DNA from: a virus
Lineage: Duplodnaviria > Caudoviricetes
DNA: 47,713 bases
Virus record (IMG/VR): IMGVR_UViG_3300032135_000015
Span: 1 to 47,713 of that record
Direction: 5' to 3' (one strand)
Below, in pieces: positions 8,884 through 19,126 of this stretch. The notes under the pieces were generated by a model. It saw only the letters and a list, made by a program, of their open reading frames with translations. It was not told where the DNA came from and made no database searches. How positions within the stretch are numbered: position 1 is the first letter of the stretch; every line of letters begins with the position of its first letter. The translations under genes and the position numbers were made by a program.

Positions 8884-10554
8884 TTAGAGCACGCCCTGCG
8901 TGGTGAGGTTTATCACGCTGACCTCTCCAACAAGGAACTTGCTGCCGGTCGAGTTCGTGGTCACTTTCAGCCGTGCGGTCGCTACCCCGGATGGGGCAAC
9001 AATCTCGGCATAGAACTGTACGACCCCGCCGCCTAGCGCCGCTCCCGCTATGTCTGACAGTCCAGCGGGGTTGGGCAGAACTGCGGGGGTGGCGGTCAGG
9101 AACTCCATCTGCGCCCTATACACGTCTCCGCCCGCGATTGACTTCACCCGAAAGCTGATGGCAATCAGGTCCCCGGCAGTGGCGGAGAGTGGTGAACCGT
9201 GCACAATTTCAGCCTGAGTGCCCAGCCGACCTGAGATTTGCAGTGCAAAACCCTTGAAGTCAGAATCGCTCACTTTTGCCGTGCGGAGTACCCCCGCGCC
9301 CAAGTTGGATGCCCAGCCAGTTGGGGCAGTGTACGCGCCGACTGTAGGCGGAGTAATCGCGCCCGGCGTAGCAGTTCCGGCGTCTGCGACAGTTGTCGCG
9401 CTGGCAACATCTGCGAGCTTCGTCAGCACGCCGGAAGACGCCCCTCGGTAGATCGCGAGCTTTTGCCAGCCGGTGAGCACTGGGGTGGAGAGCGTGATCG
9501 TGTCACCAGCGGCAGCAGCAATCGAAACCTCATTTGAGGCAAGGGACTCGCCCCACGCGGAGATATAGCCGACCTTATAGAAATACGTCCCCGCAGGCAG
9601 CGAACTACCCGTTGCCGCCTTGCTAATCCCGATAGTAGGCACGACAGGTTCAGCGGGCCAGGCAATGAGGAAGCCGTTCGTGACGGCGTTTGACGGGTCA
9701 ACACCGCCGTCGGCCACCATTGCCGATGACGGCGAAAGGGACGGCGATACGACGGAGAGGAACGCGGTAGCCATAACCTCTACGGCGAGCGCGGTGGGAT
9801 GCACGCCATCTGTCGAATATCCGGTTTTGTATTCACCCGTCAGCGGGTCGGCGAGAACGGCGTGGTAGTCCACGATGAGGAAGCCGTTTGCTGCCGCGTA
9901 GCGTTTGATCCACAGGTTTCGGGTAGTCGTTCCGGGCTGATAGGCGGCGACTCTAGGGGGGATGGTGGCGAGTATGGGCACCGCGCCGATAGCAAGTGTT
10001 TTCGCCACAAGCTCTTTCATGTTGGCGATACTGGTCGCCATCGTGAACCCGGAAGAGACATCATTGGTCATGGCGAGGATTGCCACAACGTCAGGGTCAA
10101 ACGGGGCCACGTCCGTGTCGAATCGTGAAAGGATCTGCGTGCTGGTCTGACCGCCGACACCAGCCTCATTGACCAGCACGAGCTTGCCCAGTGAGCGCCC
10201 AATCGCGGTAGCCCATGATTGCGGCCCCCATAGCGCCGCTGTCAGGTAGCCATCTGTAAGCGAGTCGCCGAGTACAACCGTGCGCGCCCCAAGCCGCCCA
10301 CGCTGAATGCTGGCACGGGTTGCCGTGGCTGCGTCAATGGTGGTGGATAGACGGCTTTCCAGGTCGGCCGATTCCGCGTCGTAGGCAGTCCCGACCGTTT
10401 CCAAGATGGTGACGTTGGTTGGCGAGGCGGGGTCTCCCAGAACGTCCGAAAGGCCCTGGTCAACAAACCCCTCCGTGGACACGCTGATGGCGTCCATCGT
10501 TGCCTGCGGGGGGAGCCTGGTGATGGAATCTACGGTGAGATATAGCCTGGTCAT
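8884..10554 (-). CDS. SGNH/GDSL hydrolase virion appendage protein with FN3-like and carbohydrate-binding-like C-terminal domains
   Basis: Blocks GDSL, GVGG, TND and DGVH appear in canonical order. Codon style is less GC-biased than its neighbours. Confidence 0.85.
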   Translation of the reverse strand: MTRLYLTVDSITRLPPQATMDAISVSTEGFVDQGLSDVLGDPASPTNVTILETVGTAYDAESADLESRLSTTIDAATATRASIQRGRLGARTVVLGDSLTDGYLTAALWGPQSWATAIGRSLGKLVLVNEAGVGGQTSTQILSRFDTDVAPFDPDVVAILAMTNDVSSGFTMATSIANMKELVAKTLAIGAVPILATIPPRVAAYQPGTTTRNLWIKRYAAANGFLIVDYHAVLADPLTGEYKTGYSTDGVHPTALAVEVMATAFLSVVSPSLSPSSAMVADGGVDPSNAVTNGFLIAWPAEPVVPTIGISKAATGSSLPAGTYFYKVGYISAWGESLASNEVSIAAAAGDTITLSTPVLTGWQKLAIYRGASSGVLTKLADVASATTVADAGTATPGAITPPTVGAYTAPTGWASNLGAGVLRTAKVSDSDFKGFALQISGRLGTQAEIVHGSPLSATAGDLIAISFRVKSIAGGDVYRAQMEFLTATPAVLPNPAGLSDIAGAALGGGVVQFYAEIVAPSGVATARLKVTTNSTGSKFLVGEVSVINLTTQGVL

Positions 10555-10621
10555 GCGGAATGTGGTCCTTTACGTTTTGGTGCGGGAATTTCTTCAGTCT
10601 ATCAGCAAGCACTCAGCTACC

Positions 10622-11839
10622 TCACAGGGCGAACCGGTCCTCGCTCATGGCGATGCGCGCGATGTTGTCGAAATACTCGACCCCGTCCGCCCCGTTGTCG
10701 TAGCGAACCGGACCCCAAGGGAAGTAGTCGGCCGGGCCATCCCAACCGCCCGTCTCCGTGAACTTGGCCGCGATCGTACTCATCTCGGGCCGACCGGACA
10801 CCGGGGCCTCCAACGGGGCATCCACGAAGGAGAGGCCTGAGTTGCCACGGCCGCCGATGAACTTCCCGAAGCCGGTGGGGTTGAGGTACGCGGGAGACCC
10901 CAGAACTCCTTCACTTACCTCCACGGCAAGGGCGTCAGCGTCCGAGGTTGAGGCGGGCCATGCGGGCTCGATCGTGTCGTCATTGTCGAGGCTTTCGGGC
11001 TCGTCGGTGTAGATCGTCCCGTCAAGAATGAACGGGTATGCGGAACGCTCCACCTTGGGCCGTGACGGTGCGGTGTCTGAGTCGCCGACCTCCAGGTATT
11101 CGAGGTTGGTGAACATGCTGGGGAAGATGTGATCGGAGACGCGGGCGACCATGCCGCTCAGGGTGAGGGTCGCGGGGCCGTCGTCGTCGCGGCGCAGGAA
11201 CATGCGTACCGCGATAAAGTCGCCGCCCAAGAAGGTCAGGTTGGTCATGACCGGGCTGGTCACGTCGATCAGGTCCAGCCGGTACATGGCGCCGGCGCGG
11301 CCGTCCGCCATGATGCCCTGAGCGAGGACGACGCCGGACCCTGTCGCGGAGCCATGCACGCCGAGGCTCATGCATTTGTCCGGCGGAATGGGGATGACGA
11401 TGGACTCGGGGAGCGGGAGGGCGAGGTTGGCCGCGGGGAAGGTGTACTTGGCGCTGTAGATCGGGAAGTTGTTCTTGTTGGTCGGCGTTGCCACCTTTTC
11501 CGGGATGATGCCGGGGAGCAGGCTGGGCGCGTCGAGCGTGCCGAGCATGGGGGCGGCCCACCATGCGGGGAGCAGGTTGAGCTTTTCGGCCATCGGGTCG
11601 ACCATGAAGAAGGGGCCTTCGCCGTAGAGGCCGTCTGCGAAGTCTTTGATCACCTGCGTGTCTTCGCGGAGCTGCATCCCCCATGACAGGGACACTTCCT
11701 TGTGGTTCGTGAACGAGCTGCGTGCCCAGCCGCCACCGTTGAGGAGGGTGTCGCTGTCGGACCAGCCGATGTTTGCATATTCGGCGGTCGCCAGGGGTGT
11801 CGGGATTTCGACCATTCGTTCTTTGGTTCCGAACAGCAT
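10622..11839 (-). CDS. Minor tail protein (distal-tail position)
   Basis: Immediately downstream of the tape measure gene, with a 1-nt TAATG overlap. Confidence 0.7.
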   Translation of the reverse strand: MLFGTKERMVEIPTPLATAEYANIGWSDSDTLLNGGGWARSSFTNHKEVSLSWGMQLREDTQVIKDFADGLYGEGPFFMVDPMAEKLNLLPAWWAAPMLGTLDAPSLLPGIIPEKVATPTNKNNFPIYSAKYTFPAANLALPLPESIVIPIPPDKCMSLGVHGSATGSGVVLAQGIMADGRAGAMYRLDLIDVTSPVMTNLTFLGGDFIAVRMFLRRDDDGPATLTLSGMVARVSDHIFPSMFTNLEYLEVGDSDTAPSRPKVERSAYPFILDGTIYTDEPESLDNDDTIEPAWPASTSDADALAVEVSEGVLGSPAYLNPTGFGKFIGGRGNSGLSFVDAPLEAPVSGRPEMSTIAAKFTETGGWDGPADYFPWGPVRYDNGADGVEYFDNIARIAMSEDRFAL

Positions 11840-14800
11840 TAGTTGGTGCCTCCTGAGGCTAGTTGCATTTGACCGCGATTGGTGGATTCGGCAAGGCGCC
11901 GGTCATCCGTGAACAGGTTGACGTTGATGCGAGAGACGGCCTCGGCGAGGGCCATGATGGTGCCGGCGGACAGGTCCGTGGGGCCGCCGAAGCCGCCACC
12001 GGTGGAGCCGCCGCGGCCGACGTAGCCGCCGCCCTTGAATCCCTTGCCGCGCTTGGCAACGTCGTGCAGGCCGGCAAGCTGGTCGACGCCGATGTTTTTG
12101 GTCGCCGGCGCAGAGAACACAAACTCTTTTCCGTGGACGTAGTCGGCTGGCTCGTTGACGCCGCCGTCGCCGGTGTAGCCGCCATCCTTCTTGCCTGGCC
12201 CAACGCCGCCGCCACCACCGCCGCCGCCACCGCCGCCGCTGTACCCGATCGGGTTGAGGACGTAGCCGGATTTCAGCGGGCCGTACTGTGAGGCGGGGGC
12301 ACTGAGCGAGTCGATCATCGCATCCCAGCCCTTCGAGTATTCGTTGGCCGCGTCGCGGCCGGCTGCACCCGCGCCAGTCGAGTTGAGCGGGATGTCGACG
12401 CCCGCTGCGGCTGCGGCTGCGGCTGCGGCCAGGAACTCGTTGAGCGCCTGCATGGCCGGGTCGTTGTCGGCGTCCACGGTGATGTCGCGCGGGACGTTGT
12501 CGATGGCGAAAGTCATGTCATCGAACGCCTTCGAGTACAGGTCGATCTCGGTGCTGGAGAAGCCGGCCTGCGTGGCCTGGTTCTGGAAGTCCTGCTTGAG
12601 CACGTTCGACTTGGCTGACAGGTCCGCCTGGCTCGCGCCGGACGCCGCCAGTGCTGAAATGTATCCCTGGTAGTTGCTGACCAGTCCAAGGATGGTGGAG
12701 CGGTTGGCGATGGATGCGGCCGAGTTGCCCGTGAGGGACATGGTGCTGGCGGCCTGGAGCTTGTTGATCTCGGCCTGCGACTCGGACGCGCCCTTGTTGG
12801 CGTCGGAGAGGTCGTTCTGGTTCTTTTCGAGCTTGGCGGCGAGGTCGGCGGAATGCAGCGTGTCGTTGTACTTGTCGGCGACGCGCTTGAAATATTCGAG
12901 CACGCCCCGGTCGGCCGACAGCTCGTTGGCGGTGGCGCGGTAGTCGCGGATGGCCTGCTGCGCGTCAGAGATCGACTTGGCGCTGGCGTCGGCGGCGTCG
13001 GCAATGGAGATCCAGCCGGACGAGATCGCATCGAGGCCCTGGCCGCCGGCGTAGCGGATGTCGAAGGCGCGGCCCATGACCCCGCCGAGGTCGCCGGCGT
13101 AGTCGATGAGCGTGACCACTTTGGCGGTCGCATCCTCGACGGAGTCCGAGAGATCCTCGAACTCGTTGCCCCAGTCATCGGTGAGGCCCGTGGCCTTGAG
13201 CGCCTCGTCGGAGTAATCGCTGGTGACATCGTTGGCGTTTTTGAGCTTGTAGGCCCATGACGAGAAACCATCGGCGGCGTCGAGGATGCCGGACTCGCCC
13301 TGGAGCGCGGCCAGGCGGCTCACGAAGAAGGAGAGGACATCGTTGCCCTCGGCCATTGTGGACAGGAAGCCGAAGATGGCGTCGTTGGCGCGCTCAAGGC
13401 CGTCGATGACGTTGTGCGCGGTGTCGGCGACAAACTGCATGGAGCCGCCGAAGTTGAACACCAGTTCAGTCACGGCGCCGATCGCGGCAAGGATGACGGT
13501 GGCTCGCATGAGCCCCTTCACTGCCGCGGTCAGTCGGTGGGTTCCGACCGTTGCCACGTCGGTGCCGGTCTTCATGTGGAACATGGCCTTGATCAGGCCA
13601 CGGATTCCGCCAGCCTGGCCCATTTTGCCCAACTCAAGCTGGGCGGTGCGGAGCGCGAACGTTGATGCCGTGGCCAGGGCGAGCATGGCGACCAAGCCGA
13701 GTGCGGCGCCGGCAATGACCGTGAACACGAGGGCGAACTTGGCGAAGCCCTGCACCACCTTGTTCTCGGACAGTTCGCGCGCCTTGTTGACCACGTCGGT
13801 GAGGACGCTGAGCAGGCCGGCAATACCGTCGACCGAGCCGCCCGTCAGTTCGGCAATTAGTGCGTTGAGCGAGTTGACGAGCATCTTGAACTGCGAGTCG
13901 AGGTCGTCAGCGATGAGGGCGTACTGGCGGGCCAGTTCGGCGCCCTCGGCGTAGCCGGTCGCGGCGTCATCGAAGCCACGCTTGAGCACAGGGAGGCCGG
14001 CCGAGATTCGACCGATTACTTCACCGGTGCGCTTGCCTTCGAGCCCCAGCTCCTTCAGGGCGCCCGTCATCTGCACAGTGTCGGCGCCGTCGAGGCCGCC
14101 CAGGAAGTCCTTGAAAACCTCGAAGCCCTGTCCGCTGCGCACCATTTCGTTGAGCGATTCTGCGCTCTGGCCCGTGATGGCAGTGAAGGCGGCCAGCTTG
14201 TCGCCACCCTCAGAGAGGGACTCGTTGAGACTGTTGAAATAGGTCTCGAAAACGCCCTGGGCGCGCTCGGGGGCGACACCCAAGGAACCAAGGGCGCCCG
14301 AGAGGCCAATGACCTGGTCGGCCGTGAAGCCGGCGCGGGTCGCCGTGGCCGCGAGGCGCTCGGTCAGGGCGAGGATCTGCTGCTCAGTCGTCTCCGAACT
14401 GACACCCACCTTGACGATGGACGAGCCGAGCCGTTCGGCATCCTCGATGGGGAGCCCGAGCAGGTTGGAGATTCGCCCGAATGCGTTCGCGGTGGCTTCC
14501 GCAGTGATACCCGTGACCGCAGAGAACCGGGACACGGTGCCGGTGAAGTCTTCGATGTCCCCGGCCGCCACACCAAGCTGGTTACCCAGCGCCGCAATGG
14601 CGGACAGCTCCTCGAACGTCAAGGGGACTTGAGTACTGAGGTCTACGAGCGCGTCACGGAGCCCTTCGATCTGCTCAACGCTGCCCTGCGAGGTACGCTC
14701 GACGGCCGTGAACGCCTTCTCAAAGTCGCTCGACGCCTTGACGGCAATGAGCGCGCTGCCGAGCATAGCGGCCGACGCGACGCCGGCGGTGGTGGCCACG

Positions 14801-15882
14801 TCGTAGAGGGCGTAGCGGGCGGAAATGAGCGACTCGGACTGCTTCTGGCGGGCGCGAAGCTCGTCTGCGTTCTGCTTAAGGCGAGCCTGGCCGGCCTTTT
14901 CGAGCGTGGCCGTGTCGCGCCGGGCGTTCTCGGCATAGGCCTTACTGATGTCATCCGACCGCTTCTTGGACGACTTGTACTCGGCCGCGTTCTGCTTCAG
15001 CCGCGCCTGGCCGGCCTTCTCGTTGAGGTCGGCGTCGCGCTTGGTGTTGTCGTGGTAGGCCTTGCTGGTGTCGTCCGCAAGCTTCTGCTTGGTGGCGAAT
15101 TCCTTGTCGGCCAGCTTCAGGTCGCTCTGGAAGGCGGCTTCGTTGCGCCGGGTCGTGTCATCGGCCATCGACTGACCGAGCTTCTGCTGCTTGTCGGAGG
15201 CCTTCTTGTCAAAGGCGATGTTCTGCTTGCTCGCGTCATCGCGCATCTTCGTCTGACCGGAGATGAAGTCATTGATGATCTGGTCTTCGCGGGCGCGAGC
15301 GACTTCCTTCTTCTTGAACGCGCTGTCTGCCGCGCTCAATTCGTCCTGGTAGAGCTTTTCGTTGCGCTTGGTCGTGTCGTCGGCCATGCTCTGCCCGAGC
15401 TTGTGCTGGGCGACGCGCTCGGCCTGGACCTTGCGCATGTTGGAGATTTCGTTCTGGCTGCCCGCGTCCGCCACTGCAAGCTGCGCCGCAATGTCGGCGT
15501 TACTCATCTTGCGGGTGGCATCCATGCCAGTGCCGTCGCCGGGCTTCAGGGTGCCGTCTGCGGCCTTCTTGACCACGTTCTCTTTGTTGGCCAGCTTGCG
15601 AGCTTGCTTCAGCTCGTCAAGCTGGTCCGTGAGGGCCTTGAATCCTGAGGTCTGGGCGGCAACGTCCTGCGTGGTCTGGCGAGAGGCCTTGCCGACCTCG
15701 TCCATGTCGCCGGCGGCCTCGCGCATGGTGGTCTGGACTTGCTCGCCCGCTTTGTTGAGTTTCTCGAACTCGCCCGTAACGTCGCCAACGCCGTCGTAGA
15801 GCTTTTTGACGCTGGCGATCGCCTGGGCAACGTCGGCCTTGGCGTCAACCCTGAGCTTGGCGATGAAGTCTTGATCTTCCAA
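11839..15882 (-). CDS. Tape measure protein
   Basis: 1347 aa, Ala-rich and helical. TP901-type core, TM segments, and C-terminal 'GGYTG..G..EPA..VH..EFV' motif. Confidence 0.95.
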   Translation of the reverse strand: MEDQDFIAKLRVDAKADVAQAIASVKKLYDGVGDVTGEFEKLNKAGEQVQTTMREAAGDMDEVGKASRQTTQDVAAQTSGFKALTDQLDELKQARKLANKENVVKKAADGTLKPGDGTGMDATRKMSNADIAAQLAVADAGSQNEISNMRKVQAERVAQHKLGQSMADDTTKRNEKLYQDELSAADSAFKKKEVARAREDQIINDFISGQTKMRDDASKQNIAFDKKASDKQQKLGQSMADDTTRRNEAAFQSDLKLADKEFATKQKLADDTSKAYHDNTKRDADLNEKAGQARLKQNAAEYKSSKKRSDDISKAYAENARRDTATLEKAGQARLKQNADELRARQKQSESLISARYALYDVATTAGVASAAMLGSALIAVKASSDFEKAFTAVERTSQGSVEQIEGLRDALVDLSTQVPLTFEELSAIAALGNQLGVAAGDIEDFTGTVSRFSAVTGITAEATANAFGRISNLLGLPIEDAERLGSSIVKVGVSSETTEQQILALTERLAATATRAGFTADQVIGLSGALGSLGVAPERAQGVFETYFNSLNESLSEGGDKLAAFTAITGQSAESLNEMVRSGQGFEVFKDFLGGLDGADTVQMTGALKELGLEGKRTGEVIGRISAGLPVLKRGFDDAATGYAEGAELARQYALIADDLDSQFKMLVNSLNALIAELTGGSVDGIAGLLSVLTDVVNKARELSENKVVQGFAKFALVFTVIAGAALGLVAMLALATASTFALRTAQLELGKMGQAGGIRGLIKAMFHMKTGTDVATVGTHRLTAAVKGLMRATVILAAIGAVTELVFNFGGSMQFVADTAHNVIDGLERANDAIFGFLSTMAEGNDVLSFFVSRLAALQGESGILDAADGFSSWAYKLKNANDVTSDYSDEALKATGLTDDWGNEFEDLSDSVEDATAKVVTLIDYAGDLGGVMGRAFDIRYAGGQGLDAISSGWISIADAADASAKSISDAQQAIRDYRATANELSADRGVLEYFKRVADKYNDTLHSADLAAKLEKNQNDLSDANKGASESQAEINKLQAASTMSLTGNSAASIANRSTILGLVSNYQGYISALAASGASQADLSAKSNVLKQDFQNQATQAGFSSTEIDLYSKAFDDMTFAIDNVPRDITVDADNDPAMQALNEFLAAAAAAAAAGVDIPLNSTGAGAAGRDAANEYSKGWDAMIDSLSAPASQYGPLKSGYVLNPIGYSGGGGGGGGGGGVGPGKKDGGYTGDGGVNEPADYVHGKEFVFSAPATKNIGVDQLAGLHDVAKRGKGFKGGGYVGRGGSTGGGFGGPTDLSAGTIMALAEAVSRINVNLFTDDRRLAESTNRGQMQLASGGTN

Positions 15883-15963
15883 GATTGTGCCTACCGTCCG
15901 TTAGAGAATGAATCAGTCTCTAGTTTACAGGTTTCGCACAGGCAACGGTCAGGAAGTGCTCAG

Positions 15964-16356
15964 TTAGCTCTCAGGGTTTGCGGATTCGTGCAGCCGGCGG
16001 TAGTACGACTCGCGCACGTCGCCGTCGATCGGGGAATTGGAGTAGCTGAACGGCTCGGGGCGCGTGCGGACACCCTTGGGCGCCTTGTACCCCTTCTTCT
16101 TCGACTTCTTCTCGTCCACGGTCTCCACCTCGCGCATGGCGTAGCAGATGTCATTCACGACCTTGAACCCAATGTCGCCCTCGTCGTTGTGACACATCCA
16201 GCGAGGGAGTCCGCACTGGCCGCACCGCTCGTTCACAACGATCTGGTGCGCCTCGATGCACAGGAAGTCGTAGTCAGTCCACTTCCCGGTCGGCTGCGTG
16301 TGCAGCATCATTGACGTGGGGCGGATGCCGGCGGTAATGGATGCTTCGATGAGCAT
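15964..16356 (-). CDS. Tail assembly chaperone, frameshift extension (gpT part)
   Basis: Lies in the -1 frame of the upstream chaperone and is open back through GGATTTT. Directly precedes the tape measure gene. Confidence 0.85.
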   Translation of the reverse strand: MLIEASITAGIRPTSMMLHTQPTGKWTDYDFLCIEAHQIVVNERCGQCGLPRWMCHNDEGDIGFKVVNDICYAMREVETVDEKKSKKKGYKAPKGVRTRPEPFSYSNSPIDGDVRESYYRRLHESANPES

Positions 16357-16358
16357 GA

Positions 16359-16404
16359 GGTACCTACCGCCGGCTGGCTCCTGTAGGTACCGGGCTAAAA
16401 ATCC
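16359..16404 (-). promoter_or_regulatory. -1 programmed ribosomal frameshift signal (slippery site plus hairpin)
   Basis: G GAT TTT TAG, then a 6-nt spacer, then a 9-bp stem GGTACCTAC/GTAGGTACC. Confidence 0.8.
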
Positions 16405-17036
16405 GATTCGGCCGTGACGGAGGAGGAGATCGACTGCTTGAACTGGACGTGCTGGAGCTTGGCGTAGAGCTTGGCGAACTCGCTGCGGGGCAGGTAGCCT
16501 TCCAGGTCTCCAGCGGCCTTGGGGGACAGTTCCCCTTCGCTCTCTGCTCCTTCGGCGTCGACCGCCTTGAAAATGGTCTTGGCCAGCATGTGCGCGCGGT
16601 ACACCTCATCGAAGTGCATTTCGTCGCCGGCGGGCACCTTACCCTTGATGCCGAGCGCCTTCATGGTTTCGCGGCGGGCTACCTTGCTCACGATCTCCGG
16701 GACGGCGCGGAGGTGGAACTGGATGCCGGTGAGGGCAAGCTGCACGCGCAGTTCAACCGCCTGCGCCTCCAGGTCGGCGATGTCTGCCTTGGGGTCTTCT
16801 GAGAGGCGTTCGTCAATTTCGCCGAGCACGCCCCAGCGGTCGCGGCTCACGACGAAGCCGGCCACGTTTTTGAGATCCTCGAAGCCGCCCAGTTCGTCGG
16901 CGAGAGGCTCGTCCGTGTATACGGTGACGGCGCCCGTCTTCATCGTGCGGCCCTTGATGGTTTCCATCATGTCGAATGTCTTGCGAGATTCGTCGGCGAT
17001 GTCTTGGATTTCGGTGTCGATGTCAATGTCGTTCAT
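16395..17036 (-). CDS. Tail assembly chaperone (gpG part)
   Basis: Between the tail tube genes and the tape measure gene. GAGGA RBS. Ends at the slippery sequence. Confidence 0.85.
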   Translation of the reverse strand: MNDIDIDTEIQDIADESRKTFDMMETIKGRTMKTGAVTVYTDEPLADELGGFEDLKNVAGFVVSRDRWGVLGEIDERLSEDPKADIADLEAQAVELRVQLALTGIQFHLRAVPEIVSKVARRETMKALGIKGKVPAGDEMHFDEVYRAHMLAKTIFKAVDAEGAESEGELSPKAAGDLEGYLPRSEFAKLYAKLQHVQFKQSISSSVTAESDF

Positions 17037-17105
17037 GGGGTGTCCTCGTCTCCTAGATGCCAGGCCGAGTCCTCGCCCGGTGGCTCCTCCCATTTTAGCG
17101 CACTA

Positions 17106-17140
17106 AAAAGCCCCCGCCGCACTATGCGACGAGGGCTTCT
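17106..17140 (-). terminator. Intrinsic terminator after the major tail genes
   Basis: aagccc...gggctt stem with a U-tract on the - strand. Confidence 0.7.
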
Positions 17141-17155
17141 GTTTAGCGGGTGATG

Positions 17156-17902
17156 CTAGGTGATGGTGACCGCCTGCACGATGGCTGCCGCCGCGGAGCC
17201 GTAGGACACGGTCACGTCCACGGTGCCGGCCGAGACGTACTTGACGGTGCCGCCGGCCGAGACCGTGGCGATCGCCTTGTCCGCGGAGACGTACTTCGCG
17301 CGCGACACGATCGAGGAGTCCCCGCACACGGGCTCAAGCTGGGCAACCTCGCCGATGGTGCCGGCCACGGTGGCCGCCACTCCGGTGATCGTGCCAGCGG
17401 TGCCCACCTGCGTGTGGAAGTGAAGGAGTCCCTGCGGCAGGAAGTTGACGGTGAACTTCGTGCTGTCGTCACCTTCCGAGTCGTCCGCGACGGTGTCGGC
17501 GATCAGCTTGTAGAGGCTGAGGGTGTCGCCGTCCTGGAAGTCGGTGGCGTTGGACTGGTTGACGCGGACGATGAGCCAGCCGAGCGTTCGCATGACACGG
17601 AACGCCTCGAACGCCTGCACATACGTGCTGGTGGCGTCGTCACTGTTGCGGTCGCGGAACATGGACAGGGTGGCCGAGTATGACGCTGCGCCACGGGAAA
17701 CGGCGTTGCCGAGATCCTTGAGGGAGCGGTCATCCTTGTCAGCCGAGTCGGACGGGCCGACCTCGAAGTCCTGCCATGCGGTTGCGTCGGTCAGGTCGAG
17801 CGCACTGTTGAGTACGGCCGCGGAGGCGAACTGAGGGGACGGGAGCGCCGAGTCGAGAATCCACCCGACCTTGATGCTTCCATTGGATTCGTTCTTTGAC
17901 AT
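17156..17902 (-). CDS. Major tail (tube) protein paralog 2 with a C-terminal Ig-like (Big_2) domain
   Basis: Tube-like domain, then the Ig motif 'YVSADKAIATVSAGGTVKYVSAGTVDVTV'. AAGGA RBS. Confidence 0.8.
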   Translation of the reverse strand: MSKNESNGSIKVGWILDSALPSPQFASAAVLNSALDLTDATAWQDFEVGPSDSADKDDRSLKDLGNAVSRGAASYSATLSMFRDRNSDDATSTYVQAFEAFRVMRTLGWLIVRVNQSNATDFQDGDTLSLYKLIADTVADDSEGDDSTKFTVNFLPQGLLHFHTQVGTAGTITGVAATVAGTIGEVAQLEPVCGDSSIVSRAKYVSADKAIATVSAGGTVKYVSAGTVDVTVSYGSAAAAIVQAVTIT

Positions 17903-17913
17903 GCTCGTGGTCC

Positions 17914-18450
17914 TTACGCTGCGACGGTGAAGTTGGTGTTGAGGCGGCCGGTCGGCTTGAAACGGCATCCGTACATCTGCATGGAGCCGTCATCGCCGAG
18001 ATCCTGGCCATAGTCGGTCTTGGCGCCGAACGCGGAGAGGATGTTGCCGGCAACGACATCGAGGCCCTGCTCGCTGTCGACGCGCTTGACGATGAAGTAT
18101 TCAATGTCGAGGCCGTCAAACAGGGCGAGCGCCTTGTCGTAGTCGGGGCTGTCGATCGTGCCCGGCTTGTTGCGGAAGATGTCGAAGCTCACCTCGTACT
18201 CGAAGTCCAGCGGGGACTCAACCTCGGCGATGTCCCAGGCGCTCATCGAGGAGTCCGTGGCAGAGCCGGTGAGGTTGATCGAGTGACCGTCTTCCACGGC
18301 CTTGGAGATGTGCGTAATGAGCCCGGCCGTCTTGGCTGTGGCCCACTTGGCGGCCGAGAGCGGCTGCATCCATTCGTCAGGGGTGAATGCTTCGGGGCGG
18401 ACGGCCCAGATCGTAATATTGCCCCGAAGGGTCTTGACTCCAGATGACAT
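17914..18450 (-). CDS. Major tail (tube) protein paralog 1
   Basis: Pattern shared with paralog 2 (IFRN/MFRD, IVKRV/LIVRV, G..LS.F/Y, F.P.G.L). Follows the tail terminator gene. Confidence 0.75.
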   Translation of the reverse strand: MSSGVKTLRGNITIWAVRPEAFTPDEWMQPLSAAKWATAKTAGLITHISKAVEDGHSINLTGSATDSSMSAWDIAEVESPLDFEYEVSFDIFRNKPGTIDSPDYDKALALFDGLDIEYFIVKRVDSEQGLDVVAGNILSAFGAKTDYGQDLGDDGSMQMYGCRFKPTGRLNTNFTVAA

Positions 18451-18633
18451 TTATGCCTTTTCCTTCGGGGTGGTGGACCGCGTGCGCCGAGAGGTTGAAA
18501 CGAGGTCGACGGGAGCGGGGACGGGCGCCTTGGGGCGGTACACCTCGTAGTCCCGGCCGAGCACGGGATGATTCCCGACGTTCTCGGGCAGGTCAACAAG
18601 CTCGTCGGTGGTCTTGTTTCTATAGCGCAGCAT
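18451..18633 (-). CDS. Small hypothetical virion-cluster protein
   Basis: 60-aa ORF abutting the tail tube gene, with TAAGCT-N6-ATG upstream. Confidence 0.65.
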   Translation of the reverse strand: MLRYRNKTTDELVDLPENVGNHPVLGRDYEVYRPKAPVPAPVDLVSTSRRTRSTTPKEKA

Positions 18634-18685
18634 GGTCCCAGCTTATCATTCGCTGGGAGCTAGCTGAGTGCAAGCTGGGAGCCTG

Positions 18686-19126
18686 TTAGAATTCCGGCGC
18701 CATGTTGATCCGGCAGCCGTACCGAGCGATCTTGATACGCCGCGACGGGGCGCCGCCGGCATCCGTGGTCGTGTAGGACGTGCCGCCGGCCGTCTTCAGC
18801 GGGGTCGTGTTGTAGTTGGGCGACCAGCCGAGCAACCGGTTGAGCATGTCCGCCGCGGCTCGATCGGTGACAACCGTGCCGCCGGACACCACCGCGATGT
18901 TCGCCTGGAAGATGTGCGGCTGAGTGCGCTCGCCCCCGACACCGCGGCCCTTGGCCGTAGCAACCGGCGTGCTGAACGTGATGTGCGCGTAAGGCTTCAC
19001 CTGGCCATCCGAAAAGCGGGGGAGCGCGTCGTCGTCCGGCAGGTCGCGGTACACCCTTCCTTCGCAGAGATCCGCAACGTGCGCGAAAATCAGGTCGGCC
19101 TCGGCAATGCCGTCGAAGTTGCTCAT
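18686..19126 (-). CDS. Tail terminator protein
   Basis: Size and position in the head-tail connector block. 'RVY...P......PY' pattern. Confidence 0.7.
   Translation of the reverse strand: MSNFDGIAEADLIFAHVADLCEGRVYRDLPDDDALPRFSDGQVKPYAHITFSTPVATAKGRGVGGERTQPHIFQANIAVVSGGTVVTDRAAADMLNRLLGWSPNYNTTPLKTAGGTSYTTTDAGGAPSRRIKIARYGCRINMAPEF

Noticed and set aside
14860-15410. Internal peptide repeats in the tape measure gene (KLGQSMADDTT, EKAGQARLKQNA)
   Set aside because: Ordinary length-adjusting duplications of tape measure proteins.
17903-17968. Frameshift fusion of the two tail tube genes
   Set aside because: The frames overlap, but there is no slippery heptamer and the second gene has its own AAGGA RBS.
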